Below, one piece after another: positions 12,701 through 27,700 of a DNA stretch of 64,000 nucleotides (position 1 is the stretch's first letter; each line of letters opens with the position of its first letter). The translations under genes and the position numbers were made by a program. The notes below the pieces were generated by a model. It ran no database searches. It saw only the letters and a list, made by a program, of their open reading frames with translations, and was not told the origin of the DNA. The stretch spans positions 1,860,001 to 1,924,000 of the forward strand of contig OZ024757.1 of the NCBI GenBank assembly GCA_964016885.1, in the 5' to 3' direction. The stretch comes from Eledone cirrhosa. Taxonomy: Eukaryota.

Positions 12701-15700
12701 GAGGTAGACAGGTAGACAGTTATGGTAGCTTAGTGTATGAGGTGGACAGGTAGACAGTTATGGTAGATTAGTGTATGAGGTGGACAGGTAGACAGTTATG
12801 GTAGATTAGTGTATGAGGTGGACAGTTATGGTAGCTTAGTGTATGAGGTAGACAGGTAGACAGTTATGGTAGATTAGTGTATGAGGTAGACAGGTAGACA
12901 GTTATGGTAGATTAATGTATGAGGTGGACAGGTAGACAGTTATGGTAGATTAGTGTATGAGGTGGACAGGTAGACAGTTATGGTAGCTTAGTGTATGAGG
13001 TAGACAGGTAGACAGTTATGGTAGCTTAGTGTATGAGGTGGACAGGTAGACAGTTATGGTAGCTTAGTGTATGAGGTGGACAGGTAGACAGTTATGGTAG
13101 ATTAGTGTATGAGGTGGACAGGTAGACAGTTATGGTAGATTAGTGTATGAGGTGGACAGGTAGACAGTTATGGTAGATTAATGTATGAGGTGGACAGGTA
13201 GACAGTTATGGTAGATTAGTGTATGAGGTGGACAGGTAGACAGTTATGGTAGATTAGTGTATGAGGTAAACAGGTAGACAGGTATGGTAGATTAATGTAT
13301 GAGGTGGACAGGTAGACAGTTATGGTAGATTAGTGTATGAGGTGGACAGGTAGACAGTTATGGTAGCTTAGTGTATGAGGTAGACAGGTAGACAGTTATG
13401 GTAGCTTAGTGTATGAGGTGGACAGGTAGACAGTTATGGTAGCTTAGTGTATGAGGTAGACAGTTATGGTAGCTTAGTGTATGAGGTAGACAGGTATGGT
13501 AGCTTAGTGCATGAGGTAGACAGGTAGACAGTTATGGTAGATTAGTGTATGAGGTAGACAGTTATGGTAGCTTAGTGTATGAGGTGGACAGGTAGACAGT
13601 TATGGTAGATTAGTGTATGAGGTGGACAGGTAGACAGTTATGGTAGATTAGGGTATGAGGTGGACAGGAAGACAGTTATGGTAGATTAGTGTATGAGGTA
13701 GACAGGTAGACAGTTATGGTAGCTTAGTGTATAAGGTGGACAGGTAGCCAGTTATGGTAGATTAGTGTATAAGGTGGACAGGTAGACAGTTATGGTAGCT
13801 TAGTGTATTAGGTAGACAGGTAGACAGTTATGGTAGCTTAGTGTATGAGGTGGACAGGTAGACAGTTATGGTAGATTAGTGTATGAGGTAGACAGGTAGA
13901 CAGTTATGGCAGCTTAGTGTATAAGGGGGACAGGTAGACAGTTATGGTAGATTAGTGTATAAGGTGGACAGGTAGACAGTTATGGTAGCTTAGTGTATTA
14001 GGTAGACAGGTAGACAGTTATGGTAGCTTAGTGTATGAGGTGGACAGGTAGACAGTTATGGCAGATTAGTGTATGACGTAGACAGGTAGACAGTTATGGT
14101 AGCTTAGTGTATAAGGTGGACAGGTAGACAGTTATGGTAGATTAGTGTATGAGGTGGACAGGTAGACAGTTATGGTAGCTTAGTGTATGAGGTGGACAGG
14201 TAGACAGTTATGGTAGCTTAGTGTATGAGGTGGACAGGCAGACAGTTATGGTAGCTTAGTGTATGAGGTGGACAGGTAGACAGTTATGGTAGCTTAGTGT
14301 ATGAGGTGGACAGGTAGACAGTTATGGTAGCTTAGAGTATGAGGTAGACAGGTAGACAGTTATGGTAGATTAGTGTATAAGGTGGACAGGTAGACAGTTA
14401 TGGTAGCTTAGTGTATGAGGTGGACAGGTAGACAGTTATGGTAGCTTAGTGTATGAGGTGGACAGGTAGACAGTTATGGTAGCTTAGTGTATGAGGTAGA
14501 CAGGTAGACAGTTATGGTAGCTTAGTGTATGAGGTGGACAGGTAGACAGTTATGGTAGCTTAGTGTATGAGGTAGACAGGTAGACAGTTATGGTAGCTTA
14601 GTGTATGAGGTGGACAGGTAGACAGTTATGGTAGCTTAGTGTATGAGGTAGACAGTTATGGTAGCTTAGTGTATGAAGTAGACAGTTATGGTAGATTAGT
14701 GTATGAGGTAGACAGTTATGGTAGCTTAGTGTATGAGGTGGACAGGTAGACAGTTATGGTAGATTAGTGTATGAGGTGGACAGGTAGACAGTTATGGTAG
14801 ATTAGTGTATGAGGTGGACAGGTAGACAGTTATGGTAGATTAGTGTATGAGGTAGACAGGTAGACAGTTATGGTAGCTTAGTGTATAAGGTGGACAGGTA
14901 GCCAGTTATGGTAGATTAGTGTATAAGGTGGACAGGTAGACAGTTATGGTAGCTTAGTGTATTAGGTAGACAGGTAGACAGTTATGGTAGCTTAGTGTAT
15001 GAGGTGGACAGGTAGACAGTTATGGTAGATTAGTGTATGAGGTAGACAGGTAGTCAGTTATGGCAGCTTAGTGTATAAGGTAGACAGGTAGACAGTTATG
15101 GTAGCTTAGTGTATAAGGTGGACAGCTAGACAGTTATGGTAGATTAGTGTATAAGGTGGACAGGTAGACAGTTATGGTAGCTTAGTTTATTAGGTAGACA
15201 GGTAGACAGTTATGGTAGCTTAGTGTATGAGGTGGACAGGTAGACAGTTATGGTAGATTAGTGTATGAGGTAGACAGGTAGACAGTTATGGTAGCTTAGT
15301 GTATAAGGTGGACAGGTAGACAGTTATGGTAGCTTAGTGTATGAGGTGGACAGGTAGACAGTTATGGTAGCTTAGTGTATGAGGTGGACAGGTAGACAGT
15401 TATGGTAGCTTAGTGTATGAGGTGGACAGGTAGATAGTTATGGTAGCTTAGTGTATGAGGTAGACAGGTAGACAGTTATAGTAGCTTAGTGTATGAGGTG
15501 GACAGGTAGACAGTTATGGTAGCTTAGTGTTTGAGGTGGACAGGTAGACAGTTATGGTAGCTTAGTGTATAAGGTGGACAGGTAGACAGTTATGGTAGAT
15601 TAGTGTATGAGGTGGACAGGTAGACAGTTATGGTAGCTTAGTGTATGAGGCAGACAGGTAGACAGTTATGGTAGATTAGTGTATAAGGTGGACAGGTAGA

Positions 15701-18700
15701 CAGTTATGGTAGCTTAGTGTATGAGGTGGACAGGTAGACAGTTATGGTAGCTTAGTGTATGAGGTGGACAGGTAGACAGTTATGGTAGCTTAGTGTATGA
15801 GGTGGACAGGTAGACAGTTATGGTAGCTTAGTGTTTGAGGTGGACAGGTAGACAGATATGGTAGCTTAGTGTATGAGGTGGACAGGTAGAGAGTTATGGT
15901 AGCTTAGTGTATGAGGTGGACAGGTAGACAGTTATGGTAGCTTAGTGTATGAGGTAGACAGGTAGACAGTTATGGTAGATTAGTGTATGAGGTAGACAGG
16001 TAGACAGTTATGGTAGCTTAGTGTATGAGGTGGACAGGTAGACAGTTATGGTAGCTTAGTGTATGAGGTGGACAGGTAGACAGTTATGGTAGCTTAGTGT
16101 ATGAGGTAGACAGGTAGACAGTTATGGTAGATTAGTGTATGAGGTGGACAGGTAGACAGTTATGGTAGATTAGTGTATGAGGTAGACAGGTAGACAGTTA
16201 TGGTAGATTAGTGTATGAGGTAGACAGGTAGACAGTTATGGTAGATTAGTGTATGAGGTAGACAGTTATGGTAGCTTAGTGTATGAGGTAGACAGGTAGA
16301 CAGTTATGGTAGATTAGTGTATGAGGTGGACAGGTAGACAGTTATGGTAGCTTAGTGTATTAGGTAGACAGGTAGACAGTTATGGTAGATTAGTGTATGA
16401 GGTGGACAGGTAGACAGTTATGGTAGCTTAGTGTATGAGGTAGACAGTTATGGTAGCTTAGTGTATGAGGTAGACAGGTAGACAATTATGGTAGATTAGT
16501 GTATGAGGTAGACAGTTATGGTAGCTTAGTGTATGAGGTAGACAAATAGACAGTTATGGTAGATTAGTGTATGAGGTGGACAGGTAGACAGTTATGGTAG
16601 CTTAGTGTATTAGGTAGACAGGTAGACAGTTATGGTAGATTAGTGTATGAGGTGGACAGATAGACACTTATGTTAGATTAGTGTATGAGGTGGACAGGTA
16701 GACAGTTATGGTAGATTAGTGTATGAGGTGGACAGGTAGACAGTAATGGTAGCTTAGTGTATGAGGTAGACAGGTAGACAGTTATGGTAGCTTAGTGTAT
16801 GAGGTGGACAGGTAGACAGTTATGGTAGCTTAGTGTATGAGGTGGACAGGTAGACAGTTATGGTAGCTTAGTGTATGAGGTGGACAGGTAGACAGTTATG
16901 GTAGCTTAGTGTATGAGGTGGACAGGTAGACAGTTATGGTAGCTTAGTGTATGAGGTGGACAGGTAGACAGTTATGGTAGCTTAGTGTATGAGGTAGACA
17001 GTTATGGTAGCTTAGTGTATGAGGTAGACAGGTAGACAGTTATGGTAGATCAGTGTATGAGGTGGACAGTTATGGTAGCTTAGTGTATGAGGTGGACAGG
17101 TAGACAGTTATGGTAGCTTAGTGTATGAGGTAGACAGGTAGACAGTTATGGTAGCTTAGTGTATGAGGTGGACAGGTAGACAGTTATGGTAGATTAGTGT
17201 ATGAGGTGGACAGGTAGACAGTTATGGTAGATTAGTGTATGAGGTGGACAGTTATGGTAGCTTAGTGTATGAGGTAGACAGGTAGACAGTTATGGTAGGT
17301 TAGTGTATGAGGTAGACAGGTAGACAGTTATGGTAGATTAATGTATGAGGTGGACAGGTAGACAGTTATGGTAGATTAGTGTATGAGGTGGACAGGTAGA
17401 CAGTTATGGTAGCTTAGTGTATGAGGTAGACAGGTAGACAGTTATGGTAGCTTAGTGTATGAGGTGGACAGGTAGACAGTTATGGTAGCTTAGTGTATGA
17501 GGTGGACAGGTAGACAGTTATGGTAGATTAGTGTATGAGGTGGACAGGTAGACAGTTATGGTAGATTAGTGTATGAGGTGGACAGGTAGACAGTTATGGT
17601 AGCTTAGTGTATGAGGTAGACAGTTATGGTAGCTTAGTGTATGAGGTAGACAGGTAGACAATTATGGTAGATTAGTGTATGAGGTAGACAGTTATGGTAG
17701 CTTAGTGTATGAGGTAGACAAATAGACAGTTATGGTAGATTAGTGTATGAGGTGGACAGGTAGACAGTTATGGTAGCTTAGTGTATTAGGTAGACAGGTA
17801 GACAGTTATGGTAGATTAGTGTATGAGGTGGACAGATAGACACTTATGTTAGATTAGTGTATGAGGTGGACAGGTAGACAGTTATGGTAGATTAGTGTAT
17901 GAGGTGGACAGGTAGACAGTAATGGTAGCTTAGTGTATGAGGTAGACAGGTAGACAGTTATGGTAGCTTAGTGTATGAGGTGGACAGGTAGACAGTTATG
18001 GTAGCTTAGTGTATGAGGTGGACAGGTAGACAGTTATGGTAGCTTAGTGTATGAGGTGGACAGGTAGACAGTTATGGTAGCTTAGTGTATGAGGTGGACA
18101 GGTAGACAGTTATGGTAGCTTAGTGTATGAGGTGGACAGGTAGACAGTTATGGTAGCTTAGTGTATGAGGTAGACAGTTATGGTAGCTTAGTGTATGAGG
18201 TAGACAGGTAGACAGTTATGGTAGATTAGTGTATGAGGTGGACAGTTATGGTAGCTTAGTGTATGAGGTGGACAGGTAGACAGTTATGGTAGCTTAGTGT
18301 ATGAGGTAGACAGATAGACAGTTATGGTAGCTTAGTGTATGAGGTGGACAGGTAGACAGTTATGGTAGATTAGTGTATGAGGTGGACAGGTAGACAGTTA
18401 TGGTAGATTAGTGTATGAGGTGGACAGTTATGGTAGCTTAGTGTATGAGGTAGACAGGTAGACAGTTATGGTAGGTTAGTGTATGAGGTAGACAGGTAGA
18501 CAGTTATGGTAGATTAATGTATGAGGTGGACAGGTAGACAGTTATGGTAGATTAGTGTATGAGGTGGACAGGTAGACAGTTATGGTAGCTTAGTGTATGA
18601 GGTAGACAGGTAGACAGTTATGGTAGCCTAGTGTATGAGGTGGACAGGTAGACAGTTATGGTAGCTTAGTGTATGAGGTGGACAGGTAGACAGTTATGGT

Positions 18701-21700
18701 AGATTAGTGTATGAGGTGGACAGGTAGACAGTTATGGTAGATTAGTGTATGAGGTGGACAGGTAGACAGTTATGGTAGATTAATGTATGAGGTGGACAGG
18801 TAGACAGTTATGGTAGATTAGTGTATGAGGTGGACAGGTAGACAGTTATGGTTGATTAGTGTATGAGGTAAACAGGTAGACAGGTATGGTAGATTAATGT
18901 ATGAGGTGGACAGGTAGACAGTTATGGTAGATTAGTGTATGAGGGGGACAGGTAGACAGTTATGGTAGCTTAGTGTATGAGGTAGACAGGTAGACAGTTA
19001 TGGTAGCTTAGTGTATGAGGTGGACAGGTAGACAGTTATGGTAGCTTAGTGTATGAGGTAGACAGTTATGGTAGCTTAGTGTATGAGGTAGACAGGTATG
19101 GTAGCTTAGTGTATGAGGTAGACAGGTAGACAGTTATGGTAGATTAGTGTATGAGGTAGACAGTTATGGTAGCTTAGTGTATGAGGTGGACAGGTAGACA
19201 GTTATGGCAGATTAGTGTATGAGGTAGACAGGTAGACAGTTATGGTAGCTTAGTGTATAAGGTGGACAGGTAGACAGTTATGGTAGATTAGTGTATGAGG
19301 TGGACAGGTAGACAGTTATGGTAGCTTAGTGTATGAGGTGGACAGGTAGACAGTTATGGTAGCTTAGTGTATGAGGTGGACAGGCAGACAGTTATGGTAG
19401 CTTAGTGTATGAGGTGGACAGGTAGACAGTTATGGTAGCTTAGTGTATGAGGTGGACAGGTAGACAGTTATGGTAGCTTAGAGTATGAGGTAGACAGGTA
19501 GACAGTTATGGTAGATTAGTGTATAAGGTGGACAGGTAGACAGTTATGGTAGCTTAGTGTATGAGGTGGAGAGGTAGACAGTTATGGTAGCTTAGTGTAT
19601 GAGGTGGACAGGTAGACAGTTATGGTAGCTTAGTGTATGAGGTAGACAGGTAGACAGTTATGGTAGATTAGTGTATGAGGTAGACAGTTATGGTAGCTTA
19701 GTGTATGAGGTGGACAGGTAGACAGTTATGGTAGATTAGTGTATGAGGTGGACAGGTAGACAGTTATGGTAGATTAGTGTATGAGGTGGACAGGTAGACA
19801 GTTATGGTAGATTAGTGTATGAGGTAGACAGGTAGACAGTTATGGTAGCTTAGTGTATAAGGTGGACAGGTAGCCAGTTATGGTAGATTAGTGTATAAGG
19901 TGGACAGGTAGACAGTTATGGTAGCTTAGTGTATTAGGTAGACAGGTAGACAGTTATGGTAGCTTAGTGTATGAGGTGGACAGGTAGACAGTTATGGTAG
20001 ATTAGTGTATGAGGTAGACAGGTAGACAGTTATGGCAGCTTAGTGTATAAGGTAGACAGGTAGACAGTTATGGTAGCTTAGTGTATAAGGTGGACAGCTA
20101 GACAGTTATGGTAGATTAGTGTATAAGGTGGACAGCTAGACAGTTATGGTAGCTTAGTTTATTAGGTAGACAGGTAGACAGTTATGGTAGCTTAGTGTAT
20201 GAGGTGGACAGGTAGACAGTTATGGTAGATTAGTGTATGAGGTAGACAGGTAGACAGTTATGGTAGCTTAGTGTATAAGGTGGACAGGTAGACAGTTATG
20301 GTAGCTTAGTGTATGAGGTGGACAGGTAGTCAGTTATGGTAGCTTAGTGTATGAGGTGGACAGGTAGACAGTTATGGTAGCTTAGTGTATGAGGTGGACA
20401 GGTAGATAGTTATGGTAGCTTAGTGTATGAGGTAGACAGGTAGACAGTTATAGTAGCTTAGTGTATGAGGTGGACAGGTAGACAGTTATGGTAGCTTAGT
20501 GTTTGAGGTGGACAGGTAGACAGTTATGGTAGCTTAGTGTATAAGGTGGACAGGTAGACAGTTATGGTAGATTAGTGTATGAGGTGGACAGGTAGACAGT
20601 TATGGTAGCTTAGTGTATGAGGTAGACAGGTAGACAGTTATGGTAGATTAGTGTATAAGGTGGACAGGTAGACAGTTATGGTAGCTTAGTGTATGAGGTG
20701 GACAGGTAGACAGTTATGGTAGCTTAGTGTATGAGGTGGACAGGTAGACAGTTATGGTAGCTTAGTGTATGAGGTGGACAGGTAGACAGTTATGGTAGCT
20801 TAGTGTTTGAGGTGGACAGGTAGACAGATATGGTAGCTTAGTGTATGAGGTGGACAGGTAGAGAGTTATGGTAGATTAGTGTATGAGGTGGACAGGTAGA
20901 CAGTTATGGTAGATTAGTGTATGGGGTGGACAGATAGACAGTTATGGTAGATTAGTGTATAAGGTGGACAGGTAGACAGTTATGGTAGCTTAGTGTATGA
21001 GGTAGACAGGTAGACAGTTATGGTAGCTTAGTGTATGAGGTGGACAGGTAGACAGTTATGGTAGCTTAGTGTATGAGGTGGACAGGTAGACAGTTATGGT
21101 AGCTTAGTGTATGAGGTAGACAGGTAGACAGTTATGGTAGATTAGTGTATGAGGTGGACAGGTAGACAGTTATGGTAGATTAGTGTATGAGGTAGACAGG
21201 TAGACAGTTATGGTAGATTAGTGTATGAGGTAGACAGGTAGACAGTTATGGTAGATTAGTGTATGAGGTAGACAGTTATGGTAGCTTAGTGTATGAGGTA
21301 GACAGGTAGACAGTTATGGTAGATTAGTGTATGAGGTGGACAGGTAGACAGTTATGGTAGCTTAGTGTATTAGGTAGACAGGTAGACAGTTATGGTAGAT
21401 TAGTGTATGAGGTGGACAGGTAGACAGTTATGGTAGCTTAGTGTATGAGGTAGACAGTTATGGTAGCTTAGTGTATGAGGTAGACAGGTAGACAATTATG
21501 GTAGATTAGTGTATGAGGTAGACAGTTATGGTAGCTTAGTGTATGAGGTAGACAGATAGACAGTTATGGTAGATTAGTGTATGAGGTGGACAGGTAGACA
21601 GTTATGGTAGCTTAGTGTATTAGGTAGACAGGTAGACAGTTATGGTAGATTAGTGTATGAGGTGGACAGATAGACACTTATGTTAGATTAGTGTATGAGG

Positions 21701-24700
21701 TGGACAGGTAGACAGTTATGGTAGATTAGTGTATGAGGTGGACAGGTAGACAGGAATGGTAGCTTAGTGTATGAGGTAGACAGGTAGACAGTTATGGTAG
21801 CTTAGTGTATGAGGTGGACAGGTAGACAGTTATGGTAGCTTAGTGTATGAGGTGGACAGGTAGACAGTTATGGTAGCTTAGTGTATGAGGTGGACAGGTA
21901 GACAGTTATGGTAGCTTAGTGTATGAGGTGGACAGGTAGACAGTTATGGTAGCTTAGTGTATGAGGTGGACAGGTAGACAGTTATGGTAGCTTAGTGTAT
22001 GAGGTAGACAGGTAGACAGTTATGGTAGCTTAGTGTATGAGGTAGACAGGTAGACAGTTATGGTAGCTTAGTGTATGAGGTGGACAGGTAGACAGTTATG
22101 GTAGCTTAGTGTATGAGGTGGGCAGGTAGACAGTTATGGTAGCTTAGTGTATAAGGTGGACAGGTAGACAGTTATGGTAGCTTAGTGTATAAGGTGGACA
22201 GGTAGACAGTTATGGTAGCTTAGTGTATGAGGTGGACAGGTAGACAGTTATGGTAGATTAGTGTATAAGGTGGACAGGTAGACAGGTATGGTAGATTAGT
22301 GTTTGAGGTGGACAGGTAGACAGTTATGGTAGCTTAGTGTATGAGGTGGACAGGTAGACAGTTATGGAAGCTTAGTTTATGAGGTGGACAGGTAGACAGT
22401 TATGGTAGCTTAGTGTATGAGGTAGACAGGTAGACAGTTATGGTAGCTTAGTGTATGAGGTAGACAGGTAGACAGTTATGGTAGCTTAGTGTATGAGGTG
22501 GACAGGTAGACAGTTATGGTAGCTTAGTGTATGAGGTAGACAGGTAGACAGGTATGGTAGCTTAGTGTATGAGGTGGACAGGTAGACAGTTATGGTAGCT
22601 TAGTGTATAAGATGGACAGGTAGAGAGTTATGGTAGCTTAGTATATGAGGTGGACAGGTAGACAGTTATGGTGGCTTAGTGTATGAGGTAGACAGGTAGA
22701 CAGTTATGGTAGATTAGTGTATAAGGTGGACAGGTAGACAGTTATGGTAGATTAGTGTATGAGGTGGACAGGTAGACAGTTATGGCAGCTTAGTGTATAA
22801 GGTGGACAGGTGGACAGTTATGGTAGCTTAGTGTATGAGGTGGACAGGTAGACAGTTATGGTAGCTTAGTGTATGAGGTAGACAGGTAGACAGTTATGGT
22901 AGCTTAGTGTATGAGGTAGACAGGTAGACAGTTATGGTAGCTTAGTGTATGAGGTGGACAGGTAGACAGGTATGGTAGCTTAGTGTTTGAGGTAGACAGG
23001 TAGACAGTTATGGTAGCTTAGTGTATGAGGTAGACAGGTAGACAGGTATGGTAGCTTAGTGTATGAGGTAGACAGGTAGACAGGTATGGTAGCTTAGTGT
23101 ATGAGGTAGACAGGTAAACAGTTATGGTAGCTCAGTGTATGAGGTGGACAGGTAGACAGTTATGGTAGCTTAGTGTATGAGGTAGACAGGTAGACAGGTA
23201 TGGTAGCTTAGTGTATGAGGTAGACAGGTAGACGGTTATGGTAGCTTAGTGTATGAGGTAGACAGGTAGACAGTTATGGTAGCTTAGTGTATGAGGTGGA
23301 CAGGTAGACAGTTATGGTAGCTTAGTGTATGAGGTGGACAGGTAGACAGTTATGGTAGATTAGTGTATGAGGTGGACAGGTAGACAGTTATGGTAGCTTA
23401 GTATATGAGGTGGACAGGTAGACAGTTATGGTAGCTTAGTGTATGAGGTAGACAGGTAGAGAGTTATGGTAGCTTAGTGTATGAGGTGGACAGGTGGACA
23501 GTTATGGTAGCTTAGTGTATGAGGTGGACAGGTAGACAGTTATGGTAGCTTAGTGTATGAGATAGACAGGTAGACAGTTATGGTAGCTTAGTGTATGAGG
23601 TAGACAGGTAGACAGTTATGGTAGCTTAGTGTATGAGGTGGACAGGTAGACAGGTATGGTAGCTTAGTGTATGAGGTAGACAGGTAGACAGTTATGGTAG
23701 CTTAGTGTATGAGGTAGACAGGTAGACAGGTATGGTAGCTTAGTGTATGAGGTAGACACGTAGACAGGTATGGTAGCTTAGTTTATGAGGTAGACAGGTA
23801 AACAGTTATGGTAGCTTAGTGTATGAGGTAGACAGGTAGACAGGTATGGTAGCTTAGTGTATGAGGTAGACAGGTAGACAGGTATGGTAGCTTAGTGTAT
23901 GAGGTAGACAGGTAGACAGTTATGGTAGCTTAGTGTATGAGGTGGACAGGTAGACAGTTATGGTAGCTTAGTGTATGAGGTAGACAGGCAAACAGTTATG
24001 GTAGCTTAGTGTATGAGGTGGACAGGTAGACAGTTATGGTAGCTTAGTGTATGAGGTGGACAGGTAGACAGTTATGGTAGCTTAGTGTATGAGGTGGACA
24101 GGTAGACAGTTATGGTAGATTAGTGTATAAGGTGGACAGGTAGACAGTTATGGTAGCTTAGTGTATGAGGTTGACAGGTAAACAGTTATGGTAGCTCAGT
24201 GTATGAGGTAGACAGGTAGACAGTTATGGTAGCTTAGTGTATGAGGTGGACAGGTAGACAGGTATGGTAGCTTAGTGTATGAGGTAGACAGGTAGACAGG
24301 TATGGTAGCTTAGTGTATGAGGTAGACAGGTAAACAGTTATGGTAGCTTAGTGTATGAGGTAGACAGGTAGACAGGTATGGTAGCTTAGTGTATGAGGTA
24401 GACAGGTAGACAGGTATGGTAGCTTAGTGTATGAAGTGGACAGGTAGACAGTTATGGTAGCTTAGTGTATGAGGTAGACAGGTAGACAGGTATGGTAGCT
24501 TAGTGTATGAGGTAGACAGGTAAACAGTTATGGTAGCTTAGTGTATGAGGTAGACAGGTAGACAGGTATGGTAGCTTAGTGTATGAGGTAGACAGGTATG
24601 GTAGCTTAGTGTATGAGGTAGACAGGTAGACAGTTATGGTAGCTTAGTGTATGAGGTGGACAGGTAGACAGTTATGGTAGCTTAGTGTATGAGGTGGACA

Positions 24701-27700
24701 GGTAGACAGTTATGGTAGCTTAGTGTATAAGGTGGACAGGTAGACAGTTATGGTAGCTTAGTGTATAAGGTGGACAGGTAGACAGTTATGGTAGCTTAGT
24801 GTATGAGGTGGACAGGTAGACAGTTATGGTAGATTAGTGTATAAGGTGGACAGGTAGACAGGTATGGTAGATTAGTGTTTGAGGTGGACAGGTAGACAGT
24901 TATGGTAGCTTAGTGTATGAGGTGGAGAGGTAGACAGTTATGGAAGCTTAGTTTATGAGGTGGAAGGTAGACAGTTATGGTAGCTTAGTGTATGAGGTAG
25001 ACAGGTAGACAGTTATGGTAGCTTAGTGTATGAGGTAGACAGGTAGACAGTTATGGTAGCTTAGTGTATGAGGCGGACAGGTAGACAGGTATGGTAGCTT
25101 AGTGTTTGAGGTAGACAGGTAGACAGTTATGGTAGCTTAGTGTATGAGGTAGACAGGTAGACAGGTATGGTAGCTTAGTGTATGAGGTAGACAGGTAGAC
25201 AGGTATGGTAGCTTAGTGTATGAGGTAGACAGGTAAACAGTTATGGTAGCTTAGTGTATGAGGTGGACAGGTAGACAGTTATGGTAGCTTAGTGTATGAG
25301 GTAGACAGGTAGACAGGTATGGTAGCTTAGTGTATGAGGTAGACAGGTAGACAGTTATGGTAGCTTAGTGTATGAGGTAGACAGGTAGACAGTTATGGTA
25401 GCTTAGTGTATGAAGTGGACAGGTAGACAGTTATGGTAGCTTAGTGTATGAGGTGGACAGGTAGACAGTTATGGTAGATTAGTGTATAAGGTGGACAGGT
25501 AGACAGTTATGGTAGCTTAGTATATGAGGTGGACAGGTAGACAGTTATGGTAGCTTAGTGTATGAGGTAGACAGGTAGAGAGTTATGGTAGCTTAGTGTA
25601 TGAGGTGGACAGGTGGACAGTTATGGTAGCTTAGTGTATGAGGTAGACAGGTAGACAGTTATGGTAGCTTAGTGTATGAGGTGGACAGGTAGACAGTTAT
25701 GGTAGATTAGTGTATGAGGTAGACAGGTAGACAGGTATGGTAGCTTAGTGTATGAGGTGGACAGGTAGACAGTTATGGTAGCTTAGTGTATAAGATGGAC
25801 AGGTAGACAGTTATGGTAGCTTAGTATATGAGGTGGACAGGTAGACAGTTATGGTAGCTTAGTGTATGAGGTAGACAGGTAGACAGTTATGGTAGCTTAG
25901 TGTATGAGGTAGACAGGTAGACAGTTATGGTAGCTTAGTGTATGAGGTGGACAGGTAGACAGTTATGGTAGATTAGTGTATGAGGTAGACAGGTAGACAG
26001 TTATGGTAGCTTAGTGTATGAGGTAGACAGGCAAACAGTTATGGTAGCTTAGTGTATGAGGTGGACAGGTAGACAGTTATGGTAGCTTAGTGTATGAGGT
26101 GGACAGGTAGAGAGTTATGGTAGCTTAGTGTATGAGGTGGACAGGTAGACAGTTATGGTAGATTAGTGTATAAGGTGGACAGGTAGACAGTTATGGTAGC
26201 TTAGTGTATGAGGTTGACAGGTAAACAGTTATGGTAGCTCAGTGTATGAGGTAGACAGGTAGACAGTTATGGTAGCTTAGTGTATGAGGTGGACAGGTAG
26301 ACAGGTATGGTAGCTTAGTGTATGAGGTAGACAGGTAGACAGGTATGGTAGCTTAGTGTATGAGGTAGACAGGTAAACAGTTATGGTAGCTTAGTGTATG
26401 AGGTAGACAGGTAGACAGGTATGGTAGCTTAGTGTATGAGGTAGACAGGTAGACAGGTATGGTAGCTTAGTGTATGAAGTGGACAGGTAGACAGTTATGG
26501 TAGCTTAGTGTATGAGGTAGACAGGTAGACAGGTATGGTAGCTTAGTGTATGAGGTAGACAGGTAAACAGTTATGGTAGCTTAGTGTATGAGGTAGACAG
26601 GTAGACAGGTATGGTAGCTTAGTGTATGAGGTAGACAGGTAGACAGGTATGGTAGCTTAGTGTATGAGGTAGACAGGTAGACAGTTATGGTAGCTTAGTG
26701 TATGAGGTGGACAGGTAGACAGTTATGGTAGCTTAGTGTATGAGGTGGACAGGTAGACAGTTATGGTAGCTTAGTGTATAAGGTGGACAGGTAGACAGTT
26801 ATGGTAGCTTAGTGTATAAGGTGGACAGGTAGACAGTTATGGTAGCTTAGTGTATGAGGTGGACAGGTAGACAGTTATGGTAGATTAGTGTATAAGGTGG
26901 ACAGGTAGACAGGTATGGTAGATTAGTGTTTGAGGTGGACAGGTAGACAGTTATGGTAGCTTAGTGTATGAGGTGGAGAGGTAGACAGTTATGGAAGCTT
27001 AGTTTATGAGGTGGAAGGTAGACAGTTATGGTTGCTTAGTGTATGAGGTAGACAGGTAGACAGTTATGGTAGCTTAGTGTATGAGGTAGACAGGTAGACA
27101 GTTATGGTAGCTTAGTGTATGAGGTGGACAGGTAGACAGGTATGGTAGCTTAGTGTTTGAGGTAGACAGGTAGACAGTTATGGTAGCTTAGTGTATGAGG
27201 TAGACAGGTAGACAGGTATGGTAGCTTAGTGTATGAGGTAGACAGGTAGACAGGTATGGTAGCTTAGTGTATGAGGTAGACAGGTAAACAGTTATGGTAG
27301 CTTAGTGTATGAGGTGGACAGGTAGACAGTTATGGTAGCTTAGTGTATGAGGTAGACAGGTAGACAGGTATGGTAGCTTAGTGTATGAGGTAGACAGGTA
27401 GACAGTTATGGTAGCTTAGTGTATGAGGTAGACAGGTAGACAGTTATGGTAGCTTAGTGTATGAGGTGGACAGGTAGACAGTTATGGTAGCTTAGTGTAT
27501 GAGGTGGACAGGTAGACAGTTATGGTAGATTAGTGTATAAGGTGGACAGGTAGACAGTTATGGTAGCTTAGTATATGAGGTGGACAGGTAGACAGTTATG
27601 GTAGCTTAGTGTATGAGGTAGACAGGTAGAGAGTTATGGTAGCTTAGTGTATGAGGTGGACAGGTGGACAGTTATGGTAGCTTAGTGTATGAGGTAGACA

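Noticed and set aside
13647-13655. Telomeric TTAGGG
   Set aside because: A single point variant of TTAGTG (duplicated at about 35832), with no tandem telomeric tract.
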